Source: Auanema rhodensis (Eukaryota > Animalia > Nematoda). From it: a stretch of DNA of 64,000 nt. Shown piece after piece: positions 10,790 through 25,100 of this stretch. The notes beneath the pieces are model-generated. The model had not been told where the DNA came from, made no database searches, and saw only the letters and a list, made by a program, of their open reading frames with translations. The stretch covers positions 4,154,001-4,218,000 of the forward strand of contig OZ059897.1 in the NCBI GenBank assembly GCA_964057225.1. The letters run 5' to 3'. The translations under genes were made by a program, and so were the position numbers. Position 1 is the first letter of the stretch. Every line of letters begins with the position of its first letter.

Positions 10790-13700
10790 AATGTTGAGTG
10801 TACATGGGAACTCAGCATACACTAATGCATTATTTTTCAAACGATCATAACTAATTTTTGTATAGAACGTTTCTCAATGTAGTATAGTTCATTCGATGCG
10901 GATTTTTAAGCTGCGTCGATCTGTGTTATCAGATTTGAGTTAGCTTAAAAATGCACCGAGATATCAACTGATATATGTTCACACTTATATCCTTGATTTT
11001 CACCCTGAAGAAATGATTTTTTCGTTAACAAACATTGTCCATCGTATTCGTCTTGAAAAAAGGAATCTAAAAACATCTACTTTTTGTGAAATTATTTAGA
11101 AATTTTTCGGGAAAATTTTTGTCAAAATGTTTTTGGAAGCAATGTTGAGTGTACATGGGAACTCAACATACACTAATGCATTATTTTTCAAACGATCATA
11201 ACTAATTTTTGTATAGAGCGTTTCTCAATGTAGTATAGTGCATTCGATGCGGATTTTTAAGCTGCGTCGATCTGTGTTATCAGATTTGCGCTAGCTTAAA
11301 AATGCACCGAGTAATCAACTGATATATGTTCACACTTATATCCTCGATTTTCACCCTGAAGAATTAATTTTTTCGTTGAATAACATTGTCCATCGTCTTT
11401 GCCTTGAAAAAAGAAATCTAAAAACTCCTACTTTTTGTGAAATTATTTAGAAATTTTTCGGGAAAATTTTTGTCACAATGTTTTTGGAAGCAATGTTGAG
11501 TGTACATGGGAACTCAGCATACACTAATGCATTATTTTTCAAACGATCATAACTAATTTTTGTATAGAGCGTTTCTCAATGTAGTATAGTGCATTCGATG
11601 CGGATTGTTAAGCTGCGTCGATATGTGTTATCAGATTTGAGTTAGCTTAAAAATGCACCGAGATATCAACTGATATATGTTCACACTTATATCCTCGATT
11701 TTCACCCTGAAGAAATGATTTTTTCGTTGAATAACATTGTCCATCGTCTTCGTCTTGAAAAAAGGAATCTAAAAACATCTACTTTTTGTGAAATTATTTA
11801 GAAATTTTTCGGGAAAATTTTTGTCAAAATGTTTTTGGAAGCAATGTTGAGTGTACATGGGAACTCAACATACACTAATGCATTATTTTTCATACGATCA
11901 TAACTAATTTTTGTATAAAGCGTTTCTCAATGTAGTATAGTGCATTCGATGCGGATTTTTAAGCTGCGTTGATCTGTGTTATCAGATTTGAGTTAACTTA
12001 AAAATGCACCGAGATATCAACTGATATATGTTCACACTTATATCCTCGATTTTCACCCTGAAGAAATGATTTTTTTGTTGAAAAACATTGTCCATCGTAT
12101 TCGTCTTGAAAAAAGGAATCTAAAAACATCTACTTTTTGTGAAATTATTTAGAAATTTTTCGGGAAAATTTTTGTCAAAATGTTTTTGGAAGCAATGTTG
12201 AGTGTACATGGGAACTCAGCATACACTAATGCATTATTTTTCAAACGATCATAACTAATTTTTGTATAGAGCGTTTCTCAATGTAGTATAGTTCATTCGA
12301 TGCGGATTTTTAAGCTGCGTCGATCTGTGTTATCAGATTTGAGTTAGCTTAAAAATGCACCGAGATATCAACTGATATATGTTCACACTTATATCCTCGA
12401 TTTTCACCCTGAAGAAATGATTTTTTCGTTAACAAACATTGTCTATCGTATTCGTCTTGAAAAAAGGAATCTAAAAACATCTACTTTTTGTGAAATTATT
12501 TAGAAATTTTTCGGGAAAATTTTTGTCAAAATGTTTTTGGAAGCAATGTTGAGTGTACATGGGAACTCAACATACACTAATGCATTATTTTTCAAACGAT
12601 CATAACTAATTTTTGTATGGAGCGTTTCTCAATGTAGTATAGTGCATTCGATGCGGATTTTTAAGCTGCGTTGATCTGTGTTATCAGATTTGAGTTAGCT
12701 TGAAAATGCACCGAGATATCAACTGATATATGTTCACACTTATATCCTCGATTTTCACCCTGAAGAATTAATTTTTTCGTTGAATAACATTGTCCATCGT
12801 CTTTGCCTTGAAAAAAGAAATCTAAAAACTCCTACTTTTTGTGAAATTATTCAGAAATTTTTCGGGAAAATTTTTGTCAAAATGTTTTTGGAAGCAATGT
12901 TGAGTGTACATGGGAACTCAGCATACACTAATGCATTATTTTTCAAACGATCATAACTAATTTTTGTATAGAACGTTTCTCAATGTAGTATAGTTCATTC
13001 GATGCGGATTTTTAAGCTGCGTCGATCTGTGTTATCAGATTTGAGTTAGCTTAAAAATGCACCGAGATATCAACTGATATATGTTCACACTTATATCCTT
13101 GATTTTCACCCTGAAGAAATGATTTTTTCGTTAACAAACATTGTCCATCGTATTCGTCTTGAAAAAAGGAATCTAAAAACATCTACTTTTTGTGAAATTA
13201 TTTAGAAATTTTTCGGGAACATTTTTGTCAAAATGTTTTTGGAAGCAATGTTGAGTGTACATGGGAACTCAACATACACTAATGCATTATTTTTCAAACG
13301 ATCATAACTAATTTTTGTATAGAGCGTTTCTCAATGTAGTATAGTGCATTCGATGCGGATTTTTAAGCTGCGTCGATCTGTGTTATCAGATTTGCGCTAG
13401 CTTAAAAATGCACCGAGTAATCAACTGATATAGGTTCACACTTATATCCTCGATTTTCACCCTGAAGAATTAATTTTTTCGTTGAATAACATTGTCCATC
13501 GTCTTTGCCTTGAAAAAAGAAATCTAAAAACTCCTACTTTTTGTGAAATTATTTAGAAATTTTTCGGGAAAATTTTTGTCACAATGTTTTTGGAAGCAAT
13601 GTTGAGTGTACATGGGAACTCAGCATACACTAATGCATTATTTTTCAAACGATCATAACTAATTTTTGTATAGAGCGTTTCTCAATGTAGTATAGTGCAT

Positions 13701-16700
13701 TCGATGCGGATTTTTAAGCTGCGTTGATCTGTGTTATCAGATTTGAGTTAACTTAAAAATGCACCGAGATATCAACTGATATATGTTCACACTTATATCC
13801 TCGATTTTCACCCTGAAGAAATGATTTTTTCGTTAACAAACATTGTCCATCGTATTCGTCTTGAAAAAAGGAATCTAAAAACATCTACTTTTTGTGAAAT
13901 TATTTAGAAATTTTTCGGGAAAATTATTCTCAAAATGTTTTTGGAAGCAATGTTGAGTGTACATGGGAACTCAACATACACTAATGCATTATTTTTCAAA
14001 CGATCATAACTAATTTTTGTATGGAGCGTTTCTCAATGTAGTATAGTGCATTCGATGCGGATTTTTAAGCTGCGTTGATCTGTGTTATCAGATTTGAGTT
14101 AGCTTGAAAATGCACCGAGATATCAACTGATATATGTTCACACTTATATCCTCGATTTTCACCCTGAAGAATTAATTTTTTCGTTGAATAACATTGTCCA
14201 TCGTCTTTGCCTTGAAAAAAGAAATCTAAAAACTCCTACTTTTTGTGAAATTATTCAGAAATTTTTCGGGAAAATTTTTGTCAAAATGTTTTTGGAAGCA
14301 ATGTTGAGTGTACATGGGAACTCAGCATACACTAATGCATTATTTTTCAAACGATCATAACTAATTTTTGTATAGAACGTTTCTCAATGTAGTATAGTTC
14401 ATTCGATGCGGATTTTTAAGCTGCGTCGATCTGTGTTATCAGATTTGAGTTAGCTTAAAAATGCACCGAGATATCAACTGATATATGTTCACACTTATAT
14501 CCTTGATTTTCACCCTGAAGAAATGATTTTTTCGTTAACAAACATTGTCCATCGTATTCGTCTTGAAAAAAGGAATCTAAAAACATCTACTTTTTGTGAA
14601 ATTATTTAGAAATTTTTCGGGAACATTTTTGTCAAAATGTTTTTGGAAGCAATGTTGAGTGTACATGGGAACTCAACATACACTAATGCATTATTTTTCA
14701 AACGATCATAACTAATTTTTGTATAGAGCGTTTCTCAATGTAGTATAGTGCATTCGATGCGGATTTTTAAGCTGCGTCGATCTGTGTTATCAGATTTGCG
14801 CTAGCTTAAAAATGCACCGAGTAATCAACTGATATAGGTTCACACTTATATCCTCGATTTTCACCCTGAAGAATTAATTTTTTCGTTGAATAACATTGTC
14901 CATCGTCTTTGCCTTGAAAAAAGAAATCTAAAAACTCCTACTTTTTGTGAAATTATTTAGAAATTTTTCGGGAAAATTTTTGTCACAATGTTTTTGGAAG
15001 CAATGTTGAGTGTACATGGGAACTCAGCATACACTAATGCATTATTTTTCAAACGATCATAACTAATTTTTGTATAGAGCGTTTCTCAATGTAGTATAGT
15101 GCATTCGATGCGGATTTTTAAGCTGCGTTGATCTGTGTTATCAGATTTGAGTTAACTTAAAAATGCACCGAGATATCAACTGATATATGTTCACACTTAT
15201 ATCCTCGATTTTCACCCTGAAGAAATGATTTTTTCGTTAACAAACATTGTCCATCGTATTCGTCTTGAAAAAAGGAATCTAAAAACATCTACTTTTTGTG
15301 AAATTATTTAGAAATTTTTCGGGAAAATTATTCTCAAAATGTTTTTGGAAGCAATGTTGAGTGTACATGGGAACTCAGCATACACTAATGCATTATTTTT
15401 CAAACGATCATAACTAATTTTTGTATAGAACGTTTCTCAATGTAGTATAGTTCATTCGATGCGGATTTTTAAGCTGCGTCGATCTGTGTTATCAGATTTG
15501 AGTTAGCTTAAAAATGCACCGAGATATCAACTGATATATGTTCACACTTATATCCTTGATTTTCACCCTGAAGAAATGATTTTTTCGTTAACAAACATTG
15601 TCCATCGTATTCGTCTTGAAAAAAGGAATCTAAAAACATCTACTTTTTGTGAAATTATTTAGAAATTTTTCGGGAAAATTTTTGTCAAAATGTTTTTGGA
15701 AGCAATGTTGAGTGTACATGGGAACTCAACATACACTAATGCATTATTTTTCAAACGATCATAACTAATTTTTGTATAGAGCGTTTCTCAATGTAGTATA
15801 GTGCATTCGATGCGGATTTTTAAGCTGCGTCGATCTGTGTTATCAGATTTGCGCTAGCTTAAAAATGCACCGAGTAATCAACTGATATATGTTCACACTT
15901 ATATCCTCGATTTTCACCCTGAAGAATTAATTTTTTCGTTGAATAACATTGTCCATCGTCTTTGCCTTGAAAAAAGAAATCTAAAAACTCCTACTTTTTG
16001 TGAAATTATTTAGAAATTTTTCGGGAAAATTTTTGTCACAATGTTTTTGGAAGCAATGTTGAGTGTACATGGGAACTCAGCATACACTAATGCATTATTT
16101 TTCAAACGATCATAACTAATTTTTGTATAGAGCGTTTCTCAATGTAGTATAGTGCATTCGATGCGGATTGTTAAGCTGCGTCGATATGTGTTATCAGATT
16201 TGAGTTAGCTTAAAAATGCACCGAGATATCAACTGATATATGTTCACACTTATATCCTCGATTTTCACCCTGAAGAAATGATTTTTTCGTTGAATAACAT
16301 TGTCCATCGTCTTCGTCTTGAAAAAAGGAATCTAAAAACATCTACTTTTTGTGAAATTATTTAGAAATTTTTCGGGAAAATTTTTGTCAAAATGTTTTTG
16401 GAAGCAATGTTGAGTGTACATGGGAACTCAACATACACTAATGCATTATTTTTCATACGATCATAACTAATTTTTGTATAAAGCGTTTCTCAATGTAGTA
16501 TAGTGCATTCGATGCGGATTTTTAAGCTGCGTTGATCTGTGTTATCAGATTTGAGTTAACTTAAAAATGCACCGAGATATCAACTGATATATGTTCACAC
16601 TTATATCCTCGATTTTCACCCTGAAGAAATGATTTTTTTGTTGAAAAACATTGTCCATCGTATTCGTCTTGAAAAAAGGAATCTAAAAACATCTACTTTT

Positions 16701-18575
16701 TGTGAAATTATTTAGAAATTTTTCGGGAAAATTTTTGTCAAAATGTTTTTGGAAGCAATGTTGAGTGTACATGGGAACTCAGCATACACTAATGCATTAT
16801 TTTTCAAACGATCATAACTAATTTTTGTATAGAGCGTTTCTCAATGTAGTATAGTTCATTCGATGCGGATTTTTAAGCTGCGTCGATCTGTGTTATCAGA
16901 TTTGAGTTAGCTTAAAAATGCACCGAGATATCAACTGATATATGTTCACACTTATATCCTCGATTTTCACCCTGAAGAAATGATTTTTTCGTTAACAAAC
17001 ATTGTCTATCGTATTCGTCTTGAAAAAAGGAATCTAAAAACATCTACTTTTTGTGAAATTATTTAGAAATTTTTCGGGAAAATTTTTGTCAAAATGTTTT
17101 TGGAAGCAATGTTGAGTGTACATGGGAACTCAACATACACTAATGCATTATTTTTCAAACGATCATAACTAATTTTTGTATGGAGCGTTTCTCAATGTAG
17201 TATAGTGCATTCGATGCGGATTTTTAAGCTGCGTTGATCTGTGTTATCAGATTTGAGTTAGCTTGAAAATGCACCGAGATATCAACTGATATATGTTCAC
17301 ACTTATATCCTCGATTTTCACCCTGAAGAATTAATTTTTTCGTTGAATAACATTGTCCATCGTCTTTGCCTTGAAAAAAGAAATCTAAAAACTCCTACTT
17401 TTTGTGAAATTATTCAGAAATTTTTCGGGAAAATTTTTGTCAAAATGTTTTTGGAAGCAATGTTGAGTGTACATGGGAACTCAGCATACACTAATGCATT
17501 ATTTTTCAAACGATCATAACTAATTTTTGTATAGAACGTTTCTCAATGTAGTATAGTTCATTCGATGCGGATTTTTAAGCTGCGTCGATCTGTGTTATCA
17601 GATTTGAGTTAGCTTAAAAATGCACCGAGATATCAACTGATATATGTTCACACTTATATCCTTGATTTTCACCCTGAAGAAATGATTTTTTCGTTAACAA
17701 ACATTGTCCATCGTATTCGTCTTGAAAAAAGGAATCTAAAAACATCTACTTTTTGTGAAATTATTTAGAAATTTTTCGGGAACATTTTTGTCAAAATGTT
17801 TTTGGAAGCAATGTTGAGTGTACATGGGAACTCAACATACACTAATGCATTATTTTTCAAACGATCATAACTAATTTTTGTATAGAGCGTTTCTCAATGT
17901 AGTATAGTGCATTCGATGCGGATTTTTAAGCTGCGTCGATCTGTGTTATCAGATTTGCGCTAGCTTAAAAATGCACCGAGTAATCAACTGATATAGGTTC
18001 ACACTTATATCCTCGATTTTCACCCTGAAGAATTAATTTTTTCGTTGAATAACATTGTCCATCGTCTTTGCCTTGAAAAAAGAAATCTAAAAACTCCTAC
18101 TTTTTGTGAAATTATTTAGAAATTTTTCGGGAAAATTTTTGTCACAATGTTTTTGGAAGCAATGTTGAGTGTACATGGGAACTCAGCATACACTAATGCA
18201 TTATTTTTCAAACGATCATAACTAATTTTTGTATAGAGCGTTTCTCAATGTAGTATAGTGCATTCGATGCGGATTTTTAAGCTGCGTTGATCTGTGTTAT
18301 CAGATTTGAGTTAACTTAAAAATGCACCGAGATATCAACTGATATATGTTCACACTTATATCCTCGATTTTCACCCTGAAGAAATGATTTTTTCGTTAAC
18401 AAACATTGTCCATCGTATTCGTCTTGAAAAAAGGAATCTAAAAACATCTACTTTTTGTGAAATTATTTAGAAATTTTTCGGGAAAATTATTCTCAAAATG
18501 TTTTTGGAAGCAATGTTGAGTGTACATGGGAACTCAACATACACTAATGCATTATTTTTCAAACGATCATAACTA
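10790..18575. repeat. ~9-monomer block duplicated at offset 4,563 bp (13 monomers), with an intervening 4-mer (1,404-bp) duplication
   Basis: ggattgtt at ~11602/16165; gggaacatt at ~13215/14619/17778; aaattattctc at ~13921/15325/18484. Confidence 0.85.
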
Positions 18576-21500
18576 ATTTTTGTATAGAGCGTTTCTCAAT
18601 GTAGTATAGTGCATTCGATGCGGATTGTTAAGCTGCGTCGATATGTGTTATCAGATTTGAGTTAGCTTAAAAATGCACCGAGATATCAACTGATATATGT
18701 TCACACTTATATCCTCGATTTTCACCCTGAAGAAATGATTTTTTCGTTGAATAACATTGTCCATCGTCTTCGTCTTGAAAAAAGGAATCTAAAAACATCT
18801 ACTTTTTGTGAAATTATTTAGAAATTTTTCGGGAAAATTTTTGTCAAAATGTTTTTGGAAGCAATGTTGAGTGTACATGGGAACTCAACATACACTAATG
18901 CATTATTTTTCATACGATCATAACTAATTTTTGTATAAAGCGTTTCTCAATGTAGTATAGTGCATTCGATGCGGATTTTTAAGCTGCGTTGATCTGTGTT
19001 ATCAGATTTGAGTTAACTTAAAAATGCACCGAGATATCAACTGATATATGTTCACACTTATATCCTCGATTTTCACCCTGAAGAAATGATTTTTTTGTTG
19101 AAAAACATTGTCCATCGTATTCGTCTTGAAAAAAGAAATCTAAAAACATCTACTTTTTGTGAAATTATTTAGAAATTTTTCGGGAAAATTTTTGTCAAAA
19201 TGTTTTTGGAAGCAATGTTGAGTGTACATGGGAACTCAGCATACACTAATGCATTATTTTTCAAACGATCATAACTAATTTTTGTATAGAGCGTTTCTCA
19301 ATGTAGTATAGTTCATTCGATGCGGATTTTTAAGCTGCGTCGATCTGTGTTATCAGATTTGAGTTAGCTTAAAAATGCACCGAGATATCAACTGATATAT
19401 GTTCACACTTATATCCTCGATTTTCACCCTGAAGAAATGATTTTTTCGTTAACAAACATTGTCTATCGTATTCGTCTTGAAAAAAGGAATCTAAAAACAT
19501 CTACTTTTTGTGAAATTATTTAGAAATTTTTCGGGAAAATTTTTGTCAAAATGTTTTTGGAAGCAATGTTGAGTGTACATGGGAACTCAACATACACTAA
19601 TGCATTATTTTTCAAACGATCATAACTAATTTTTGTATGGAGCGTTTCTCAATGTAGTATAGTGCATTCGATGCGGATTTTTAAGCTGCGTTGATCTGTG
19701 TTATCAGATTTGAGTTAGCTTGAAAATGCACCGAGATATCAACTGATATATGTTCACACTTATATCCTCGATTTTCACCCTGAAGAATTAATTTTTTCGT
19801 TGAATAACATTGTCCATCGTCTTTGCCTTGAAAAAAGAAATCTAAAAACTCCTACTTTTTGTGAAATTATTCAGAAATTTTTCGGGAAAATTTTTGTCAA
19901 AATGTTTTTGGAAGCAATGTTGAGTGTACATGGGAACTCAGCATACACTAATGCATTATTTTTCAAACGATCATAACTAATTTTTGTATAGAACGTTTCT
20001 CAATGTAGTATAGTTCATTCGATGCGGATTTTTAAGCTGCGTCGATCTGTGTTATCAGATTTGAGTTAGCTTAAAAATGCACCGAGATATCAACTGATAT
20101 ATGTTCACACTTATATCCTTGATTTTCACCCTGAAGAAATGATTTTTTCGTTAACAAACATTGTCCATCGTATTCGTCTTGAAAAAAGGAATCTAAAAAC
20201 ATCTACTTTTTGTGAAATTATTTAGAAATTTTTCGGGAAAATTTTTGTCAAAATGTTTTTGGAAGCAATGTTGAGTGTACATGGGAACTCAACATACACT
20301 AATGCATTATTTTTCAAACGATCATAACTAATTTTTGTATAGAGCGTTTCTCAATGTAGTATAGTGCATTCGATGCGGATTTTTAAGCTGCGTCGATCTG
20401 TGTTATCAGATTTGCGCTAGCTTAAAAATGCACCGAGTAATCAACTGATATAGGTTCACACTTATATCCTCGATTTTCACCCTGAAGAAATGATTTTTTC
20501 GTTAACAAACATTGTCTATCGTCTTTGCCTTGAAAAAAGAAATCTAAAAACTCCTACTTTTTGTGAAATTATTTAGAAATTTTTCGGGAAAATTTTTGTC
20601 ACAATGTTTTTGGAAGCAATGTTGAGTGTACATGGGAACTCAGCATACACTAATGCATTATTTTTCAAACGATCATAACTAATTTTTGTATAGAGCGTTT
20701 CTCAATGTAGTATAGTGCATTCGATGCGGATTTTTAAGCTGCGTTGATCTGTGTTATCAGATTTGAGTTAACTTAAAAATGCACCGAGATATCAACTGAT
20801 ATATGTTCACACTTATATCCTCGATTTTCACCCTGAAGAAATGATTTTTTTGTTGAAAAACATTGTCCATCGTATTCGTCTTGAAAAAAGGAATCTAAAA
20901 ACTCCTACTTTTTGTGAAATTATTTAGAAATTTTTCGGGAAAATTTTTGTCACAATGTTTTTGGAAGCAATGTTGAGTGTACATGGGAACTCAGCATACA
21001 CTAATGCATTATTTTTCAAACGATCATAACTAATTTTTGTATAGAGCGTTTCTCAATGTAGTATAGTTCATTCGATGCGGATTTTTAAGCTGCGTCGATC
21101 TGTGTTATCAGATTTGAGTTAGCTTAAAAATGCACCGAGATATCAACTGATATATGTTCACACTTATATCCTCGATTTTCACCCTGAAGAAATGATTTTT
21201 TCGTTAACAAACATTGTCTATCGTATTCGTCTTGAAAAAAGGAATCTAAAAACATCTACTTTTTGTGAAATTATTTAGAAAATTTTCGGGAAAATTTTTG
21301 TCAAAATGTTTTTGGAAGCAATGTTGAGTGTACATGGGAACTCAACATACACTAATGCATTATTTTTCAAACGATCATAACTAATTTTTGTATAGAGCGT
21401 TTCTCAATGTAGTATAGTGCATTCGATGCGGATTTTTAAGCTGCGTTGATCTGTGTTATCAGATTTGCGCTAGCTTAAAAATGCACCGAGTAATCAACTG

Positions 21501-22179
21501 ATATAGGTTCACACTTATATCCTCGATTTTCACCCTGAAGAATTAATTTTTTCGTTGAATAACATTGTCCATCGTCTTTGCCTTGAAAAAAGAAATCTAA
21601 AAACTCCTACTTTTTGTGAAATTATTTAGAAATTTTTCGGGAAAATTTTTGTCACAATGTTTTTGGAAGCAATGTTGAGTGTACATGGGAACTCAACATA
21701 CACTAATGCATTATTTTTCAAACGATCATAACTAATTTTTGTATGGAGCGTTTCTCAATGTAGTATAGTGCATTCGATGCGGATTTTTAAGCTGCGTTGA
21801 TCTGTGTTATCAGATTTGCGCTAGCTTAAAAATGCACCGAGTAATCAACTGATATAGGTTCACACTTATATCCTCGATTTTCACCCTGAAGAATTAATTT
21901 TTTCGTTGAATAACATTGTCCATCGTCTTTGCCTTGAAAAAAGAAATCTAAAAACTCCTACTTTTTGTGAAATTATTTAGAAATTTTTCGGGAAAATTTT
22001 TGTCACAATGTTTTTGGAAGCAATGTTGAGTGTACATGGGAACTCAACATACACTAATGCATTATTTTTCAAACGATCATAACTAATTTTTGTATGGAGC
22101 GTTTCTCAATGTAGTATAGTGCATTCGATGCGGATTTTTAAGCTGCGTTGATCTGTGTTATCAGATTTGCGCTAGCTTA

Positions 22180-25100
22180 AAAATGCACCGAGTAATCAAC
22201 TGATATAGGTTCACACTTATATCCTCGATTTTCACCCTGAAGAATTAATTTTTTCGTTGAATAACATTGTCCATCGTCTTTGCCTTGAAAAAAGAAATCT
22301 AAAAACTCCTACTTTTTGTGAAATTATTTAGAAATTTTTCGGGAAAATTTTTGTCACAATGTTTTTGGAAGCAATGTTGAGTGTACATGGGAACTCAACA
22401 TACACTAATGCATTATTTTTCAAACGATCATAACTAATTTTTGTATGGAGCGTTTCTCAATGTAGTATAGTGCATTCGATGCGGATTTTTAAGCTGCGTT
22501 GATCTGTGTTATCAGATTTGCGCTAGCTCAAAAATGCACCGAGTAATCAACTGATATAGGTTCACACTTATATCCTCGATTTTCACCCTGAAGAATTAAT
22601 TTTTTCGTTGAATAACATTGTCCATCGTCTTTGCCTTGAAAAAAGAAATCTAAAAACTCCTACTTTTTGTGAAATTATTTAGAAATTTTTCGGGAAAATT
22701 TTTGTCACAATGTTTTTGGAAGCAATGTTGAGTGTACATGGGAACTCAGCATACACTAATGCATTATTTTTCAAACGATCATAACTAATTTTTGTATGGA
22801 GCGTTTCTCAATGTAGTATAGTGCATTCGATGCGGATTTTTAAGCTGCGTTGATCTGTGTTATCAGATTTGCGCTAGCTTAAAAATGCACCGAGTAATCA
22901 ACTGATATAGGTTCACACTTATATCCTCGATTTTCACCCTGAAGAATTAATTTTTTCGTTGAATAACGTTGTCCATCGTCTTTGCCTTGAAAAAAAAAAT
23001 CTAAAAACTCCTACTTTTTGTGAAATTATTTAGAAATTTTTCGGGAAAATTTTTGTCACAATGTTTTTGGAAGCAATGTTGAGTGTACATGGGAACTCAG
23101 CATACACTAATGCATTATTTTTCAAACGATCATAACTAATTTTTGTATAGAGCGTTTCTCAATGTAGTATAGTGCATTCGATGCGGATTTTTAAGCTGCG
23201 TCGATCTGTGTTATCAGATTTGAGTTAGCTTGAAAATGCACCGAGATATCAACTGATATATGTTCACACTTATATCCTCGATTTTCACCCTGAAGAATTA
23301 ATTTTTCCGTTGAATAACATTGTCCATCGTCTTTGCCTTGAAAAAAGAAATCTAAAAACTCCTACTTTTTGTGAAATTATTTAGAAATTTTTCGGGAAAA
23401 TTTTTGTCAAAATGTTTTTGGAAGCAATGTTGAGTGTACATGGGAACTCAGCATACACTAATGCATTATTTTTCAAACGATCATAACTAATTTTTGTATA
23501 GAACGTTTCTCAATGTAGTATAGTTCATTCGATGCGGATTTTTAAGCTGCGTCGATCTGTGTTATCAGATTTGAGTTAGCTTAAAAATGCACCGAGATAT
23601 CAACTGATATATGTTCACACTTATATCCTTGATTTTCACCCTGAAGAAATGATTTTTTCGTTAACAAACATTGTCCATCGTATTCGTCTTGAAAAAAGGA
23701 ATCTAAAAACATCTACTTTTTGTGAAATTATTTAGAAATTTTTCGGGAAAATTTTTGTCACAATGTTTTTGGAAGCAATGTTGAGTGTACATGGGAACTC
23801 AGCATACACTAATGCATTATTTTTCAAACGATCATAACTAATTTTTGTATAGAGCGTTTCTCAATGTAGTATAGTGCATTCGATGCGGATTTTTAAGCTG
23901 CGTCGATCTGTGTTATCAGATTTGAGTTAGCTTGAAAATGCACCGAGATATCAACTGATATATGTTCACACTTATATCCTCGATTTTCACCCTGAAGAAT
24001 TAATTTTTCCGTTGAATAACATTGTCCATCGTCTTTGCCTTGAAAAAAGAAATCTAAAAACTCCTACTTTTTGTGAAATTATTTAGAAATTTTTCGGGAA
24101 AATTTTTGTCAAAATGTTTTTGGAAGCAATGTTGAGTGTACATGGGAACTCAGCATACACTAATGCATTATTTTTCAAACGATCATAACTAATTTTTGTA
24201 TAGAACGTTTCTCAATGTAGTATAGTTCATTCGATGCGAATTTTTAAGCTGCGTCGATCTGTGTTATCAGATTTGAGTTAGCTTAAAAATGCACCGAGAT
24301 ATCAACTGATATATGTTCACACTTATATCCTTGATTTTCACCCTGAAGAAATGATTTTTTCGTTAACAAACATTGTCCATCGTATTCGTCTTGAAAAAAG
24401 GAATCTAAAAACATCTACTTTTTGTGAAATTATTTAGAAATTTTTCGGGAAAATTTTTGTCACAATGTTTTTGGAAGCAATGTTGAGTGTACATGGGAAC
24501 TCAGCATACACTAATGCATTATTTTTCAAACGATCATAACTAATTTTTGTATAGAGCGTTTCTCAATGTAGTATAGTGCATTCGATGCGGATTTTTAAGC
24601 TGCGTCGATCTGTGTTATCAGATTTGCGCTAGCTTAAAAATGCACCGAGTAATCAACTGATATAGGTTCACACTTATATCCTCGATTTTCACCCTGAAGA
24701 ATTAATTTTTTCGTTGAATAACATTGTCCATCGTCTTTGCCTTGAAAAAAGAAATCTAAAAACTCCTACTTTTTGTGAAATTATTTAGAAATTTTTCGGG
24801 AAAATTTTTGTCACAATGTTTTTGGAAGCAATGTTGAGTGTACATGGGAACTCAACATACACTAATGCATTATTTTTCAAACGATCATAACTAATTTTTG
24901 TATGGAGCGTTTCTCAATGTAGTGTAGTGCATTCGATGCGGATTTTTAAGCTGCGTTGATCTGTGTTATCAGATTTGCGCTAGCTTAAAAATGCACCGAG
25001 TAATCAACTGATATAGGTTCACACTTATATCCTCGATTTTCACCCTGAAGAATTAATTTTTTCGTTGAATAACATTGTCCATCGTCTTTGCCTTGAAAAA

